From a virus, in IMG/VR virus record IMGVR_UViG_3300025930_000141, positions 1 to 64,000 of that record: a stretch of 64,000 bases of DNA. One strand, given 5' to 3'. The notes below the pieces were generated by a model, which saw only the letters and a program-made list of their open reading frames with translations, searched no databases and had not been told where the DNA came from. The translations under genes were made by a program, and so were the position numbers. Below, in pieces: positions 1-9,501 of this stretch (positions are counted from its first letter, which is position 1; every line of letters starts with the position of its first letter).

Positions 1-1
1 G

Positions 2-265
2 GTTACCAGCGTCCAGCAAGACGTTCACGACAAGACGGACCAAATCCCCTGCACCGACCCCGAAACGGCTGCTAACCTCGTGGCCGAGTGCGACGAGGGT
101 TTGGTCTATCTCAACCTCCCCGGCTCTGACACGCCCACGGACGGCTCCGAGGGCTGGGATGGGTATATCTGGTTCGTGCTCGGCAACGAGCCCGAGGAAG
201 TCGCCTGCGACTATACCACAAACCTCGACCCCGACCTCGACAGCATCGTTTCGCCCTGGTGGTGA
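2..265 (+). CDS. hypothetical protein, 5'-truncated by the window edge
   Basis: Frame open from position 2 to TGA at 263-265; followed by hairpin GGCCCC-TTCG-GGGGCC. Confidence 0.7.
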   Translation, partial: VTSVQQDVHDKTDQIPCTDPETAANLVAECDEGLVYLNLPGSDTPTDGSEGWDGYIWFVLGNEPEEVACDYTTNLDPDLDSIVSPWW

Positions 266-284
266 CCAGGCCCCTTCGGGGGCC

Positions 285-304
285 TTACCCCCTTAAGGGG
301 GTAA
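285..304. repeat. 20-bp palindrome TTACCCCCTTAAGGGGGTAA, copy 1
   Basis: Perfect inverted repeat; near-identical copies at 1091, 2346, 3515 and 4286, all intergenic. Confidence 0.95.
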
Positions 305-402
305 CCTCAAGAACGGTCTCACATCGTGAGACGGGGGCTAGACGGCTTACGACTATGGGCGTAGTATCAGGGATACAAACTACCTCACCACAAGGAAGTG
401 TC

Positions 403-810
403 ATGGAAGACTTCAACGAAAACCACGAGATTCTGCCCGCAGTCACCCTGGACGACGGCATCGTGGAGCACGACCAGGCCCTCATTGTCGCGGACGGTCG
501 AGTGTTCTTCGACCTTGACGCCGTGTCGCTGGTGCTCCACCAGGACGTGCACATGCAGATGAGCATGGCGGAAATCCTGCCGCCCGAGGTCCACGCGGTC
601 ATCGGCATCGAGAGCGCCGATTACCTGCGCGGTGCTCACGACGCGACCATTCGACTGCACCAGATGGTCGAGGCAGCGCGGGCCGAGAACGGCCTTGAGC
701 CGCTGTTCCCCAACGACCAGCCGGACGGCCCGCCGACCGAGAACCCCGACGAGGTTTCGCTGCTTGAGGCGATGTTCGCCGCTGGCAGCGACGAGGACCA
801 CGAGGCCTGA
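403..810 (+). CDS. hypothetical acidic protein
   Basis: ATG at 403 after AAGGAAG; GC3-rich codons. Confidence 0.75.
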   Translation: MEDFNENHEILPAVTLDDGIVEHDQALIVADGRVFFDLDAVSLVLHQDVHMQMSMAEILPPEVHAVIGIESADYLRGAHDATIRLHQMVEAARAENGLEPLFPNDQPDGPPTENPDEVSLLEAMFAAGSDEDHEA

Positions 811-813
811 GCC

Positions 814-996
814 GTGTACGAGCGAACCGATGAAACCCCGTGGGCGGCGGTGCCGCTTCTGGACTCCGACCTTAAGCCGACGTTATGGCTTAAGAACGAC
901 TGGGACCAGACCGCCGCCGACCTGCGGGACGAGGGTTACACCATTCAGTACCGGCCCAAGCGCCGCAAGGTGAAGCCCAAAACCATCGAGACCTGA
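814..996 (+). CDS. hypothetical protein
   Basis: Short ORF directly after the previous gene. Confidence 0.6.
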   Translation: MYERTDETPWAAVPLLDSDLKPTLWLKNDWDQTAADLRDEGYTIQYRPKRRKVKPKTIET

Positions 997-1090
997 CGCC
1001 GGAATCACTCCGTTGCATCACATTGACGGTGGCCCGCGTTCGTAGGACCCAGAGCCCCAGCGGAGTGATGCCCGCTGGGGCCGAGGGGTA

Positions 1091-1110
1091 TTACCCCCTA
1101 AAGGGGGTAA
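1091..1110. repeat. 20-bp palindrome, copy 2 (TTACCCCCTAAAGGGGGTAA)
   Basis: Match to copy 1. Confidence 0.95.
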
Positions 1111-1161
1111 GCCCTGTTTTGGGTATTGACAGAGCCTTACGAGGTGTGAGAGGATAGACCC

Positions 1162-1560
1162 GTGAAGACATTCAGCACGCCCAAGGAAGCCCTGCTCGAC
1201 GCTGGCCGCATTAAGGCTATTACGCGCGGGCGTATCTCTCGTGACAATCACGAATGGCTGGATAAAGAGATTGCGGCTAATCGCATTCGCATTACCGGCG
1301 TAACCGTGGTTAAGTCAGAAACCGCTAAGGGTGAAAAGCGCGTTTCTGTCAAGAGTCCTAGCACTCAGACCGAAAAGCACATTGCCGATATCTATATACC
1401 CCGGCCTAAGCACGAATACACGGCTATCGGGATTGAGGACAACAAGGTTTATGGTATGGCAGAAGTCTGCAATGTCTGTCGCGTTAGCCTTGTGCAATGT
1501 GTCCATGACTTTCCCACCATTCTCGGGGGAATACAGGTAAAGGTAGTTCCCAATGGATAG
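1162..1560 (+). CDS. hypothetical protein (C-terminal CxxC..C-H)
   Basis: ORF downstream of TTGACA at 1126; possibly leaderless. Confidence 0.7.
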   Translation: MKTFSTPKEALLDAGRIKAITRGRISRDNHEWLDKEIAANRIRITGVTVVKSETAKGEKRVSVKSPSTQTEKHIADIYIPRPKHEYTAIGIEDNKVYGMAEVCNVCRVSLVQCVHDFPTILGGIQVKVVPNG

Positions 1561-1800
1561 GCTTAAGCGGATTCTCGGTTATCTGCTTATCTCGGGAGGG
1601 GTCATATACCTTATCGTCATTCTTTTGGGTGTGGCTGCCATTCTCGGAATCACGGCATGGATTCTCGCAGCGCTGCTGGCTGGATTCTTCCAGTAAGCGT
1701 CTCAGCATGTGAGATTCTTCCCCAAACCTCTTGTGCTAGCCGCCAAACGGGAGTAGACTTACTCTCGTAAGGCAAACAACCCAGTCCCTTAGGAGACACA

Positions 1801-2199
1801 ATGCCCAGCAAGTCCCAGAAGAACCTCACGCCCGCCTCGTCTGCCGAGGTCCGCGCGTGGGCTGCCGAGAACGTTCCGGCTCTTGAGGCCGCGAAGGTTT
1901 CCACGGCGTTCCTCAACCCGCCCAGCGGCAAGGTCCGTGGCCGCGTCCCCGAGGGTGCCCGCGTCCTCTTCACCGAGGCGACCGGTCGTCCCGCCGCCGA
2001 GAAGTCGGTGGCCGAGACCAAGCACATCGACCTCACGCTGACCAAGCGTGACAAGGCCGGTCGCTCGCGCGGCAAGGTCACCGAGTCGTTCCCGGTGGCC
2101 GAGGTTCGTCGGCTCGGCGGCGCGCCCGCCAAGGGTCGCCTGTCCAGCGCCGTGCTGGCCGCTGCGGTTGACCGCATCCAGGCCGACCGAGGCTGGTGA
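1801..2199 (+). CDS. Lsr2-like DNA-binding protein
   Basis: EVRAWAAEN..RGRVP and a second EVRR..KGRLS motif resemble the Lsr2 DNA-binding domain; SD AGGAG. Confidence 0.7.
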   Translation: MPSKSQKNLTPASSAEVRAWAAENVPALEAAKVSTAFLNPPSGKVRGRVPEGARVLFTEATGRPAAEKSVAETKHIDLTLTKRDKAGRSRGKVTESFPVAEVRRLGGAPAKGRLSSAVLAAAVDRIQADRGW

Positions 2200-2217
2200 A
2201 CACGTGCCCCGGCACCC

Positions 2218-2247
2218 TTGACGGGTGCCGGGGCTGCGTGCTATACT
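2218..2247 (+). promoter_or_regulatory. SigA-type promoter TTGACG-N18-TATACT with the -35 in the loop of an 11-bp hairpin
   Basis: CCCCGGCACCC-TTGAC-GGGTGCCGGGG followed by TG-C-TATACT. Confidence 0.7.
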
Positions 2248-2345
2248 ACCTGTGTGGGTAGTTGAGCGCCAAGCGCTCCGGGCCGGGGAGCCGCTGCGGT
2301 CAGTCGTCGGGCGAGCAGCGTCAGTCTCCCCGGCCTTTCCTGCTT

Positions 2346-2365
2346 TTACCCCCTTGAGGGGGTAA
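2346..2365. repeat. 20-bp palindrome, copy 3 (TTACCCCCTTGAGGGGGTAA)
   Basis: Match to copy 1. Confidence 0.95.
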
Positions 2366-2450
2366 CCTTATGGACGGGCAGTATAAGGTTGTAGCCTAAT
2401 GGTCATAATTGGGGCTAGTCAAGAGTTAATATACAGGGTACAATGGAGAC

Positions 2451-2675
2451 ATGAACGAACCGACGATTGACGCACGCCTAATTGACGACAAACTCTTTGT
2501 CGATATGGATGCATTGAATGCATTCCTGCGCAGCGAACCGGGACCCTATTACTGGGTTAGGAAAGCCGCTAGTGCTATGCAAGTACCGGAGGATATCTCT
2601 CTTGCCAATGGTATGGAGAAGATTATCGAGCACCTTGAATTCACGGCTATGCAATTGCGGGAGGACTTGTCGTGA
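2451..2675 (+). CDS. hypothetical protein
   Basis: ATG with GGAG; GTGA overlap with the next gene. Confidence 0.7.
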   Translation: MNEPTIDARLIDDKLFVDMDALNAFLRSEPGPYYWVRKAASAMQVPEDISLANGMEKIIEHLEFTAMQLREDLS

Positions 2676-3247
2676 ACGAATACGTGACTAACATTATGGA
2701 CACGTACCTTAGGCTTACCGAGGCAGAGATTGAAGAGGGTATGCATTGGTATGACAATACCCGCGCCCTCGCCACGGAGTGGGCTAATGGTGACGTGTGG
2801 AAGGGTGCAGGGGTTATCGCCGCATATTCCCCGGCTACCGATTGGCCGCGTAATCTTGAATTGGCTAAGTCGTCCCTTGAATTGGGATTCGCCCGCACCG
2901 ACGCATTGGGAATGAATGCGCTAAAGGCCCAGCGTATTCTCGACGGCGAGCCGGTATTGCCGGTACTGAATGGCCCTAAGACAACGGCATTCGCCTCTGC
3001 TATTGCCGACCCTGATAGTGACCTAGTGACTATTGACTCTCACGCTTATTCCATTGCGGTGGGATATTGGGTGCCGACTAGTGGAGTGCCCCATCTGCGT
3101 AAGCGTCGTTATGCCTCGTTTGCTGACGCATATACCGAGGCCGCTGGTCTGGCCGGGTATCACGTTAGTCAATTCCAGGCTATGACGTGGGTTGGGTGGA
3201 AGAACCGTCACCCTAAGTCTGAATATAGGAGTAGGAAGCGAGGATAA
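2672..3247 (+). CDS. conserved phage hypothetical protein
   Basis: WY..AAYSP..W..N, GPKT.AF, VTIDSH and QA.TW motifs; possibly a helix-hairpin-helix DNA glycosylase-like fold. Confidence 0.7.
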   Translation: MNEYVTNIMDTYLRLTEAEIEEGMHWYDNTRALATEWANGDVWKGAGVIAAYSPATDWPRNLELAKSSLELGFARTDALGMNALKAQRILDGEPVLPVLNGPKTTAFASAIADPDSDLVTIDSHAYSIAVGYWVPTSGVPHLRKRRYASFADAYTEAAGLAGYHVSQFQAMTWVGWKNRHPKSEYRSRKRG

Positions 3248-3493
3248 TTGGGCCTTTCTGGCGGTACCGGGGGAGGCCCGAACTTTGGAGATAACCCTCC
3301 AAAGCCTGTGATTATTGAACCGGGTATTCCCCTTTCTGACCACGTGGATTCGGAGGCAACTTATGTAGGTGATGAACACGGCTGGATTGAGGTTGACCCT
3401 GACCTCGTTTGGTCTAACCCTGAAACCTATATCTGGGTAGGCTATGAACTAGTCGATAATGTCATGGTCTATTACTTCGAATTCTCTGACTAG
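3248..3493 (+). CDS. hypothetical protein
   Basis: Abuts the previous gene; followed by hairpin ACTAGGCCC-GAAA-GGGCCTAGT. Confidence 0.55.
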   Translation: MGLSGGTGGGPNFGDNPPKPVIIEPGIPLSDHVDSEATYVGDEHGWIEVDPDLVWSNPETYIWVGYELVDNVMVYYFEFSD

Positions 3494-3514
3494 GCCCGAA
3501 AGGGCCTAGTCCCC

Positions 3515-3534
3515 CTACCCCCTTAAGGGGGTAA
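3515..3534. repeat. 20-bp palindrome, copy 4
   Basis: CTACCCCCTTAAGGGGGTAA. Confidence 0.9.
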
Positions 3535-3549
3535 ACTTCTGCCAGACCC

Positions 3550-3578
3550 TTGACGCCGACCACGAGAGGGCGTATCGT
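3550..3578 (+). promoter_or_regulatory. SigA-type promoter TTGACG-N17-TATCGT driving a leaderless gene
   Basis: ATG 7 nt after the -10. Confidence 0.65.
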
Positions 3579-3585
3579 TCTACCT

Positions 3586-3852
3586 ATGGATATCTACTGC
3601 GTGCGGTGCTCAGAGCCCGTCGATATGGACTACCTTCACGACCTCGTGGAAGAGGGCATGTATGCTAACTTCCAAGAGGCCCTTCACGCTTTCCAGACCA
3701 AGGGCTGCGAGGCGCTGGGCGAGCCTAAGTGTGAGCGGACCGACGACTTCAAGGGCGAGGTCATGGGTGCCATGTTTGACCTCTTGGGGGATGACGTGGA
3801 CGGCGCGGCTGCCATGATGGAAGACTTCGAATACTTCGGGATGCTGGACTAA
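3586..3852 (+). CDS. hypothetical Cys-containing protein (MDIYCVRC)
   Basis: Leaderless ATG at 3586. Confidence 0.75.
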   Translation: MDIYCVRCSEPVDMDYLHDLVEEGMYANFQEALHAFQTKGCEALGEPKCERTDDFKGEVMGAMFDLLGDDVDGAAAMMEDFEYFGMLD

Positions 3853-4067
3853 TGGCGCGCGAGTTGAGCGGTGCCGACTGGTCCGCCGTCGAGTGCTTCG
3901 GAGAGTCGCTTTCCGAGGTTTTGGCCGATGCTGCTATGGTCATCGCACGGCAGGAGAAGCGACACCCGCGTACCGGCCAACTTTATCACGAGCGCGGTGC
4001 GGCACGCATTCACCACGCCGAGCACGAAGACGGTCACCAGATTGTCATTACCTTTGAGGGGGCATGA
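3852..4067 (+). CDS. hypothetical protein
   Basis: TAATG overlap. Confidence 0.65.
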   Translation: MARELSGADWSAVECFGESLSEVLADAAMVIARQEKRHPRTGQLYHERGAARIHHAEHEDGHQIVITFEGA

Positions 4068-4276
4068 TGAAGTCACTAGTGGTTTTCCTAGTTGACAACG
4101 GCGAGGACACGGACGGACTCGCGGGCTGGATTGACAAGGCCCGTGGTATCGGGGTTACCGACTATGACCTCGCTGTGGACGTGTCCGAGGACGAGGACTT
4201 CACGCTCGACTTCACGGGCGAAACGGTCTATCTCCGACGCTTCCCGGATGGAGGCGTGCTCACCCCATACAGGTGA
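4064..4276 (+). CDS. hypothetical protein
   Basis: ATGA overlap. Confidence 0.65.
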   Translation: MMKSLVVFLVDNGEDTDGLAGWIDKARGIGVTDYDLAVDVSEDEDFTLDFTGETVYLRRFPDGGVLTPYR

Positions 4277-4285
4277 GCACGGCCC

Positions 4286-4305
4286 TTACCCCCTAAAGGG
4301 GGTAA
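4286..4305. repeat. 20-bp palindrome, copy 5
   Basis: TTACCCCCTAAAGGGGGTAA. Confidence 0.95.
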
Positions 4306-4846
4306 CCCCATAAACAACAGCCAAAACAGGGGCATCACGCATAACATTAATGCACTAACCCCCAAATAATCGCTTTACGAAAGGTCTGCCACAATCCCGG
4401 CAATATTTCCTTTACGAAAGGGTAGTATAAGTCCCTGGAATGTGCATAGGTTCCCTATGCACTTTGATTGTTCCTTCACAGTCGCCGGGCACCTCTAATT
4501 AGACCGATATACGTCCTAGTAGTAGCATATATACAATGGAATGCAAGCATTCTCCCATATATACCCCTCCGCACCCCCAAAACAGTCTCTTTTGTAGGAT
4601 TCCTACAAAGAATTGGCCGTTTTGGGGGTGTTTTGGCGTGTTTCTTTGTAGGATTTGTCCAAAAGGTATAACCCCTCCATCACACAATAGTCTGTTCAAC
4701 AGACTAATTATCTACCAACCAACCAAAGTCTTGTGAAGTTTATTGTCAACTAATCGGTTTATAAACCATCTGGTTCAATACATCTGACCCCAAAAGGGGG
4801 CCTTTACGAAAGGGTTAGGCCTACTGTGGGAATACTACTATAGATA
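4306..4846. other. AT-rich non-coding convergence region with CTTTACGAAAGG repeats (4373, 4409, 4801) and inverted repeats
   Basis: Separates the + strand block from the - strand arm; no credible ORF. Confidence 0.7.
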
Positions 4847-5117
4847 TTACTGGTTGTCTTCTAACCCTGTGTACCGCGCCTGTCCCTCAGGGGTGTATGG
4901 CCTGACCATGGACCAGAATTGCAGGTCTTTCATGTACTGCTCGCCAGCGGGTGAATCCATAAAGGTGTGCAGGAAGTTTACCAGACTGGCGGGCATGTTC
5001 TTAACCATTTCGTCTACCATACCCCGGTAGTAGGCCTGGTCCATATCCTTATGGTCTGCTAGTGCCTGTAGAATCATTATCTGTAAGCCTACGTTACAGG
5101 CCCATTGGTATAATTCG

Positions 5118-5390
5118 TCATTCATCATACCCCTCCGTACCGTCGCCAAAGGCGTCGTCCTCACCGTCGAGAAACGCGCGCATGCTAGCCTGGTCTCCGG
5201 TGACCACGGCAATATTGGCATCAATCATCTTGAGGGCCATTTCAACACCGAATATGGTACCGCTCGTGATGCCCTTGATTTCCTCAAACTCGGGCTCTTT
5301 GGCCTGTTCGACCATTTCCTTGCGCAACTGCGAAACCTGCTTACGAAGGTTCAGTAGCACGTCTGTTTGAATCTTTCTCTTGTCTTCCAT
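5118..5390 (-). CDS. hypothetical protein
   Basis: ORF track; part of a packed - strand array. Confidence 0.65.
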   Translation of the reverse strand: MEDKRKIQTDVLLNLRKQVSQLRKEMVEQAKEPEFEEIKGITSGTIFGVEMALKMIDANIAVVTGDQASMRAFLDGEDDAFGDGTEGYDE

Positions 5391-5451
5391 AAATGTACTA
5401 TTTTAGGGTGGTCAGACCCTTCTCCTAAGTTTCAAATTAAAGGCATGCTTT

Positions 5452-5691
5452 TTATACCGGGCGGCTGCGCGCGGGGTGCCACACCACGTCACGCTCAGCC
5501 CACCACTCACGCCAATTGGGGCGAATGGTACCAAAGGTGTCGAACTCTCGCATTAGCCCGTTCAGGGTTTCCATGGATACCACGAGTGTTTCCAACAGTA
5601 CCGTGCCGCTGGGTAGATGAATGAATTGAAAAGCGTTGTTACCGTCGTACCCGGCGATTACCTTGTAATCCTCAGTCCAGTGCTGAGTCAT
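5452..5691 (-). CDS. hypothetical protein
   Basis: SD GGAGG upstream. Confidence 0.6.
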   Translation of the reverse strand: MTQHWTEDYKVIAGYDGNNAFQFIHLPSGTVLLETLVVSMETLNGLMREFDTFGTIRPNWREWWAERDVVWHPARSRPV

Positions 5692-5805
5692 TCTTACGAA
5701 CCTCCAATACCCACGCGCTCACGTCAGGGGCCTGGTCAATGGCTTCGGTAATCCATTGTACCTCGTCGCCGTCAGGGTCGTCAGCGTCAATTTCCACGGT
5801 CATGA

Positions 5806-6024
5806 TTAACATGGTGCTCTCCATCCTCCTGGTGCGCTTGGCATACCTATTACGATATAGCACCGGTCACAGCAAAACATATTGCTGATTGGGTTATAGG
5901 TACCGTCCTGGCGAGCGTACTCGTCAACCGATACCTCTTCGATTTCGGCCTCAATCTCCCACCCCGGAATCTGGTCAGCCGGGGTGTGGCAATTGAAACA
6001 AACAGGCATACCGACGACGCGCAT
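5806..6024 (-). CDS. small Zn-binding protein
   Basis: CxxC..CCxxC. Confidence 0.65.
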   Translation of the reverse strand: MRVVGMPVCFNCHTPADQIPGWEIEAEIEEVSVDEYARQDGTYNPISNMFCCDRCYIVIGMPSAPGGWRAPC

Positions 6025-6275
6025 TACTCGCCCTGTTGCTGCTTAGCGAATGCTGCCACGACGCCGACCGTGTGCACCAGCAATTCGGTAGGCATTTCTG
6101 CTACCATCTGGTCCACCATCTTACGGCGCTCTTCCTCGGTGTGCAGGTCCCAGCGCACGCTCAAGAACATAAGCATGGGTGCGGCAAACCTGGCAAACTG
6201 CGCCGGGTCCTTGATGTTACCGGAACGGCTGCCCTCTAGGCGCTGGGCGTACTCGCTATGACTCTCGTCACTCAT
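6024..6275 (-). CDS. hypothetical protein
   Basis: SD AAGGAG; overlaps neighbouring genes. Confidence 0.65.
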   Translation of the reverse strand: MSDESHSEYAQRLEGSRSGNIKDPAQFARFAAPMLMFLSVRWDLHTEEERRKMVDQMVAEMPTELLVHTVGVVAAFAKQQQGE

Positions 6276-6784
6276 ATTAACTCCTTAGTTACTTGCTTTA
6301 CAATATTAGCCTCTTGACGCAAGGCTTCGGTAATTTCACTTACCCGGTCTAGTTGATGTGCGATACCGGCCATTTGCATTTGGTAGTCGCGGTCTTCCAC
6401 GGCCTTGGCAATGTCCTTAATTGCGTTGTGGATTTGTGTGTAGTCGTTACCCACACAATGAATGTGGCGGCGGGTATAGCAATTACACTGGTCCCAATCG
6501 AACCAGCGCGACTCATAACCCCGATGCATAAAGTGCTCGGTGGCATTGTCTCTGCCAATCTTTAGGTCTATGGCAGCCAGGGCAGACTCTAGGGTGCGCT
6601 CGTCATAAGGCCTATTGTCCTTGGGCAGCGCGCGGAATTCTTTCATGATTTCCTTGGCTGGCTTGCTAGCCAATACCCGGTCGCCGCGACTATTGACCAG
6701 CATGGTCCGATATGCATGGATGCCGGACCCGCCGACCAGCACTAGGACGCCCAGCACCAGGCCATAGATTATCCATAGAAACAT
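6272..6784 (-). CDS. membrane-anchored protein, paralog family A
   Basis: N-terminal TM, FRxLP.D..PY, Cys cluster, C-terminal coiled coil ending VTKELI. Confidence 0.8.
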   Translation of the reverse strand: MFLWIIYGLVLGVLVLVGGSGIHAYRTMLVNSRGDRVLASKPAKEIMKEFRALPKDNRPYDERTLESALAAIDLKIGRDNATEHFMHRGYESRWFDWDQCNCYTRRHIHCVGNDYTQIHNAIKDIAKAVEDRDYQMQMAGIAHQLDRVSEITEALRQEANIVKQVTKELI

Positions 6785-7299
6785 TACAGTAGTTCCTTCG
6801 TTACTTGTTCAACGATATCGGCCTCTTGATGTAGGCGCATGGTCATTTCAGTAACGCGGTCTAAGTCTGGTGCTACCCCGGCCACGGCCAGGTCGTGCTC
6901 GCGCTGCTTGATTGACCTATAAATCTTGACAACGGCGACCATGAGCCCCACGTATTCAGGGAATTGGTCGCACCGGTTTCTACCACAGCCGCAATATTGG
7001 TTGTCGTACTCTTTGACGTAAAAGTCCCAGTGAAAGAAGTGTGCGTTAACCTTGCCGCGCTCGTACTTTACGTCCAGTGCTCGCAGAGTGGATTCTAATT
7101 CATCCTCGGTGTACGGCTGGCTGTCTGCGGGCAGGTTACGAAAGTAAGCCATTACCATCTTGCCACCATGAGACAGGCCAACGGCAGTCTTTGTCTTATG
7201 ACGGGACAGACGCGGGCCGGGGAATTCATCATAATTAGCAGCCAGCACACCATAACCAGACAAAAGGACAAGAATTAGCACAATGAATGCAAACGTCAT
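6784..7299 (-). CDS. membrane-anchored protein, paralog family A
   Basis: Clear tandem paralog of 6272-6784 (ends VTKELL). Confidence 0.8.
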   Translation of the reverse strand: MTFAFIVLILVLLSGYGVLAANYDEFPGPRLSRHKTKTAVGLSHGGKMVMAYFRNLPADSQPYTEDELESTLRALDVKYERGKVNAHFFHWDFYVKEYDNQYCGCGRNRCDQFPEYVGLMVAVVKIYRSIKQREHDLAVAGVAPDLDRVTEMTMRLHQEADIVEQVTKELL

Positions 7300-7955
7300 G
7301 CCGGTCCGACCTGGCCCTCGTGCACAGACACCCGCTTGTTTTCGTCGTCTACCAACAGCACCAGACGGTCGTCCCAGTCATGGCGCAAAACAGTGAACAG
7401 TCGTCCGCGCCAGCGGACGACCTCACCGGGCTCGTACTTAGTCATTGACATACCTACATTCGAAGTCGTGGTCGTCGTTTTCTACCCATTCGTGCTGAGG
7501 GCTGGACAGGCAGGCCTGCATCTTCAAGTGGTTAACGTGGGTGTCATACGAGATAGTACCCATCAGCGCAATAAGGAACACCAGGGTACAGAAGATGCCC
7601 AGGATTAGTGCGTAGGCACCCTGCTTGCTCACTGCTCGACCCAATCACCAACAAAGCGACTTTCCAGGCTGTCGGCCTGGCTGTCGGTGATGACGCCCTC
7701 GTTGTAAGCGAAGTCGATAACCCGCTGCAACAGGCCCCGGTCGTCGCCGGTATAGTCGGTGTACCTCATGTTATTACCTCATCCTTAACACGGTCGTAGA
7801 TTCTGAATACAAGGTTAATGCTGTACTCGCGGTTGACTAACTTCCAGTACCGTCGCCTGGCCGCACTCTCACGGCGTCTGTAAGCCACAGCGCGCCACTC
7901 TGTAGCGCCTTTGGAAATAGAGTCGTGCAGGTATGCCGCCTGAATTTCGTAGCGC

Positions 7956-8372
7956 TTAGGACGCCGCTTCTGCGGGCTCAGTGCTTGACTCATCGTTCTC
8001 TTCCTTAACGTCCCAATCCTCCGGGGGAATGGTTGCAAACGCAGCGCGGACAACGCGGTCCACAACGAGGCAGCCATAAACCACAGCGACGACGAACGCA
8101 ACCGGCACCACCAGCGGCAGCAGAAGACCACAGGCGACCGTCGCCAATCCCCAACGCAGCCAACGCTGAAAATCCTTGGCCTCATTCAAGTGACGCTGGT
8201 AAGCGGTCTCGCGGTCTCCCCTGAAATAATAAGGGGTATCTTCGCCGTTCTTGATTGCCCGCGCCGTTGCCAGGTTAATGCGGTAGTCGTCGTAGTTCCA
8301 GACCGAAACCAGGATACCAACGCATACAATAGCCATTCCGAAGGTTGCCCAAAGCAAATAAATCGTGCTCAT
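7956..8372 (-). CDS. membrane protein
   Basis: 2-3 hydrophobic segments. Confidence 0.7.
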   Translation of the reverse strand: MSTIYLLWATFGMAIVCVGILVSVWNYDDYRINLATARAIKNGEDTPYYFRGDRETAYQRHLNEAKDFQRWLRWGLATVACGLLLPLVVPVAFVVAVVYGCLVVDRVVRAAFATIPPEDWDVKEENDESSTEPAEAAS

Positions 8373-8412
8373 GTCATTCTCCTATCCTCCGCCCCTTGTT
8401 GGGCATGGCTCC

Positions 8413-8441
8413 ATCCTAGCACGGCACAAGCCGGGGGTCAA
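8413..8441 (-). promoter_or_regulatory. SigA-type promoter TTGACC-N17-TAGGAT
   Basis: Consensus spacing, extended -10, intergenic. Confidence 0.65.
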
Positions 8442-8450
8442 CCCCCAGTT

Positions 8451-8852
8451 TTAGAGATTCTTCTCTACCCAGTTGGCAATCTGCTCAAAGGTCTTGCCCT
8501 CGTTATCGTTCATGTGAATAAGCCGCTTTTGGGCGGCGGCACTGATGCCGAAGAACGTCATCATTTCGGGATTAAGGTCGCCGTCTACGTACAGGTCTTC
8601 CCACGGGTCGTCCAGATAAAGGTCCGACCCCTCCTGACTCTGACGTTCGGACAGTTCTAACTTAAGGTTGTACTGCCGCTGGCCCAAGTTTTCGCGTGAG
8701 ACAATCTGAGGGGTGACCTCACACAGCACACCGAGACAGCAATAGGTGTTATCGCCACCATAAAGTTGCTCTTGGGCCTGTCCGTACTTACCGGACCGCA
8801 ACGCCTTAAGCCACCTTGTCTTGTGCTTTGGGTCCATCTTCTTATAACTCAT
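8451..8852 (-). CDS. paralog family B (W..ALRSG.Y.Q / YCCLGVLCEV / ND..F..IA.W)
   Basis: Motifs shared with 9040-9357 and 9502-9894. Confidence 0.85.
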   Translation of the reverse strand: MSYKKMDPKHKTRWLKALRSGKYGQAQEQLYGGDNTYCCLGVLCEVTPQIVSRENLGQRQYNLKLELSERQSQEGSDLYLDDPWEDLYVDGDLNPEMMTFFGISAAAQKRLIHMNDNEGKTFEQIANWVEKNL

Positions 8853-9039
8853 CGGTGCTTCTCCACTTCTGCCATGATAGCCAACTGGGCCATGGGGATA
8901 AGGTCTTGGGGAACATGGTTTCGCAGTTCCTCAAGAATCTCTAATACCGCCTCGTCCGACAACGGCTTGTTTGTCAGGATGCCGCCCGCAATGAGGCTTA
9001 TGCCCACCAAGGCATTGACAATCCACTGTTCCTGCTCGG

Positions 9040-9357
9040 TCATAGGTTTTCCTCAATCCAGTCAGCAATGGTGTTAAAGTTGTTGCCCTCGTCGTTCATA
9101 CCGATAAGGTGGTTCTGCTCCGACGAGTTAATGCCGAGTTCGGTACGCAGTTCGTAGGGCAATTGGACCCGGCTTTCGGCGTAATACCACTCAGTATTTA
9201 CCTTGTGGGCCGTCAGGCCCGCTACCTCACAGAGCACACCGAGGCAACAATACTGCTCGCCCAGGCTTTTGGTACTACGCTTTAGCACGCTCTTGCCCTG
9301 ACGATAGTCACCCGAGCGCAGAGCCTTGACCCACTTGGTCTTAGTTGCTTTCTTCAC
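9040..9357 (-). CDS. paralog family B
   Basis: WVKALRSGDYRQ..YCCLGVLCEV. Confidence 0.85.
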   Translation of the reverse strand: MKKATKTKWVKALRSGDYRQGKSVLKRSTKSLGEQYCCLGVLCEVAGLTAHKVNTEWYYAESRVQLPYELRTELGINSSEQNHLIGMNDEGNNFNTIADWIEENL

Positions 9358-9501
9358 TGTGCTGCCTTTCGTACAGGGTGTTTTGGGGAACTTTTAGGTC
9401 GTACCGGGCGTGCTCACCAAAAGTGATGAGCGCCAGGATGCCGACCACCACGATAACCAGCAGCAGCATCCCGCCAAAGGACATAACCACATAAAGTGGC
9501 A

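Noticed and set aside
285-4305. 20-bp palindromes as CRISPR repeats or IS ends
   Set aside because: Spacing is about 1 kb with whole genes between copies; no transposase or target duplications.
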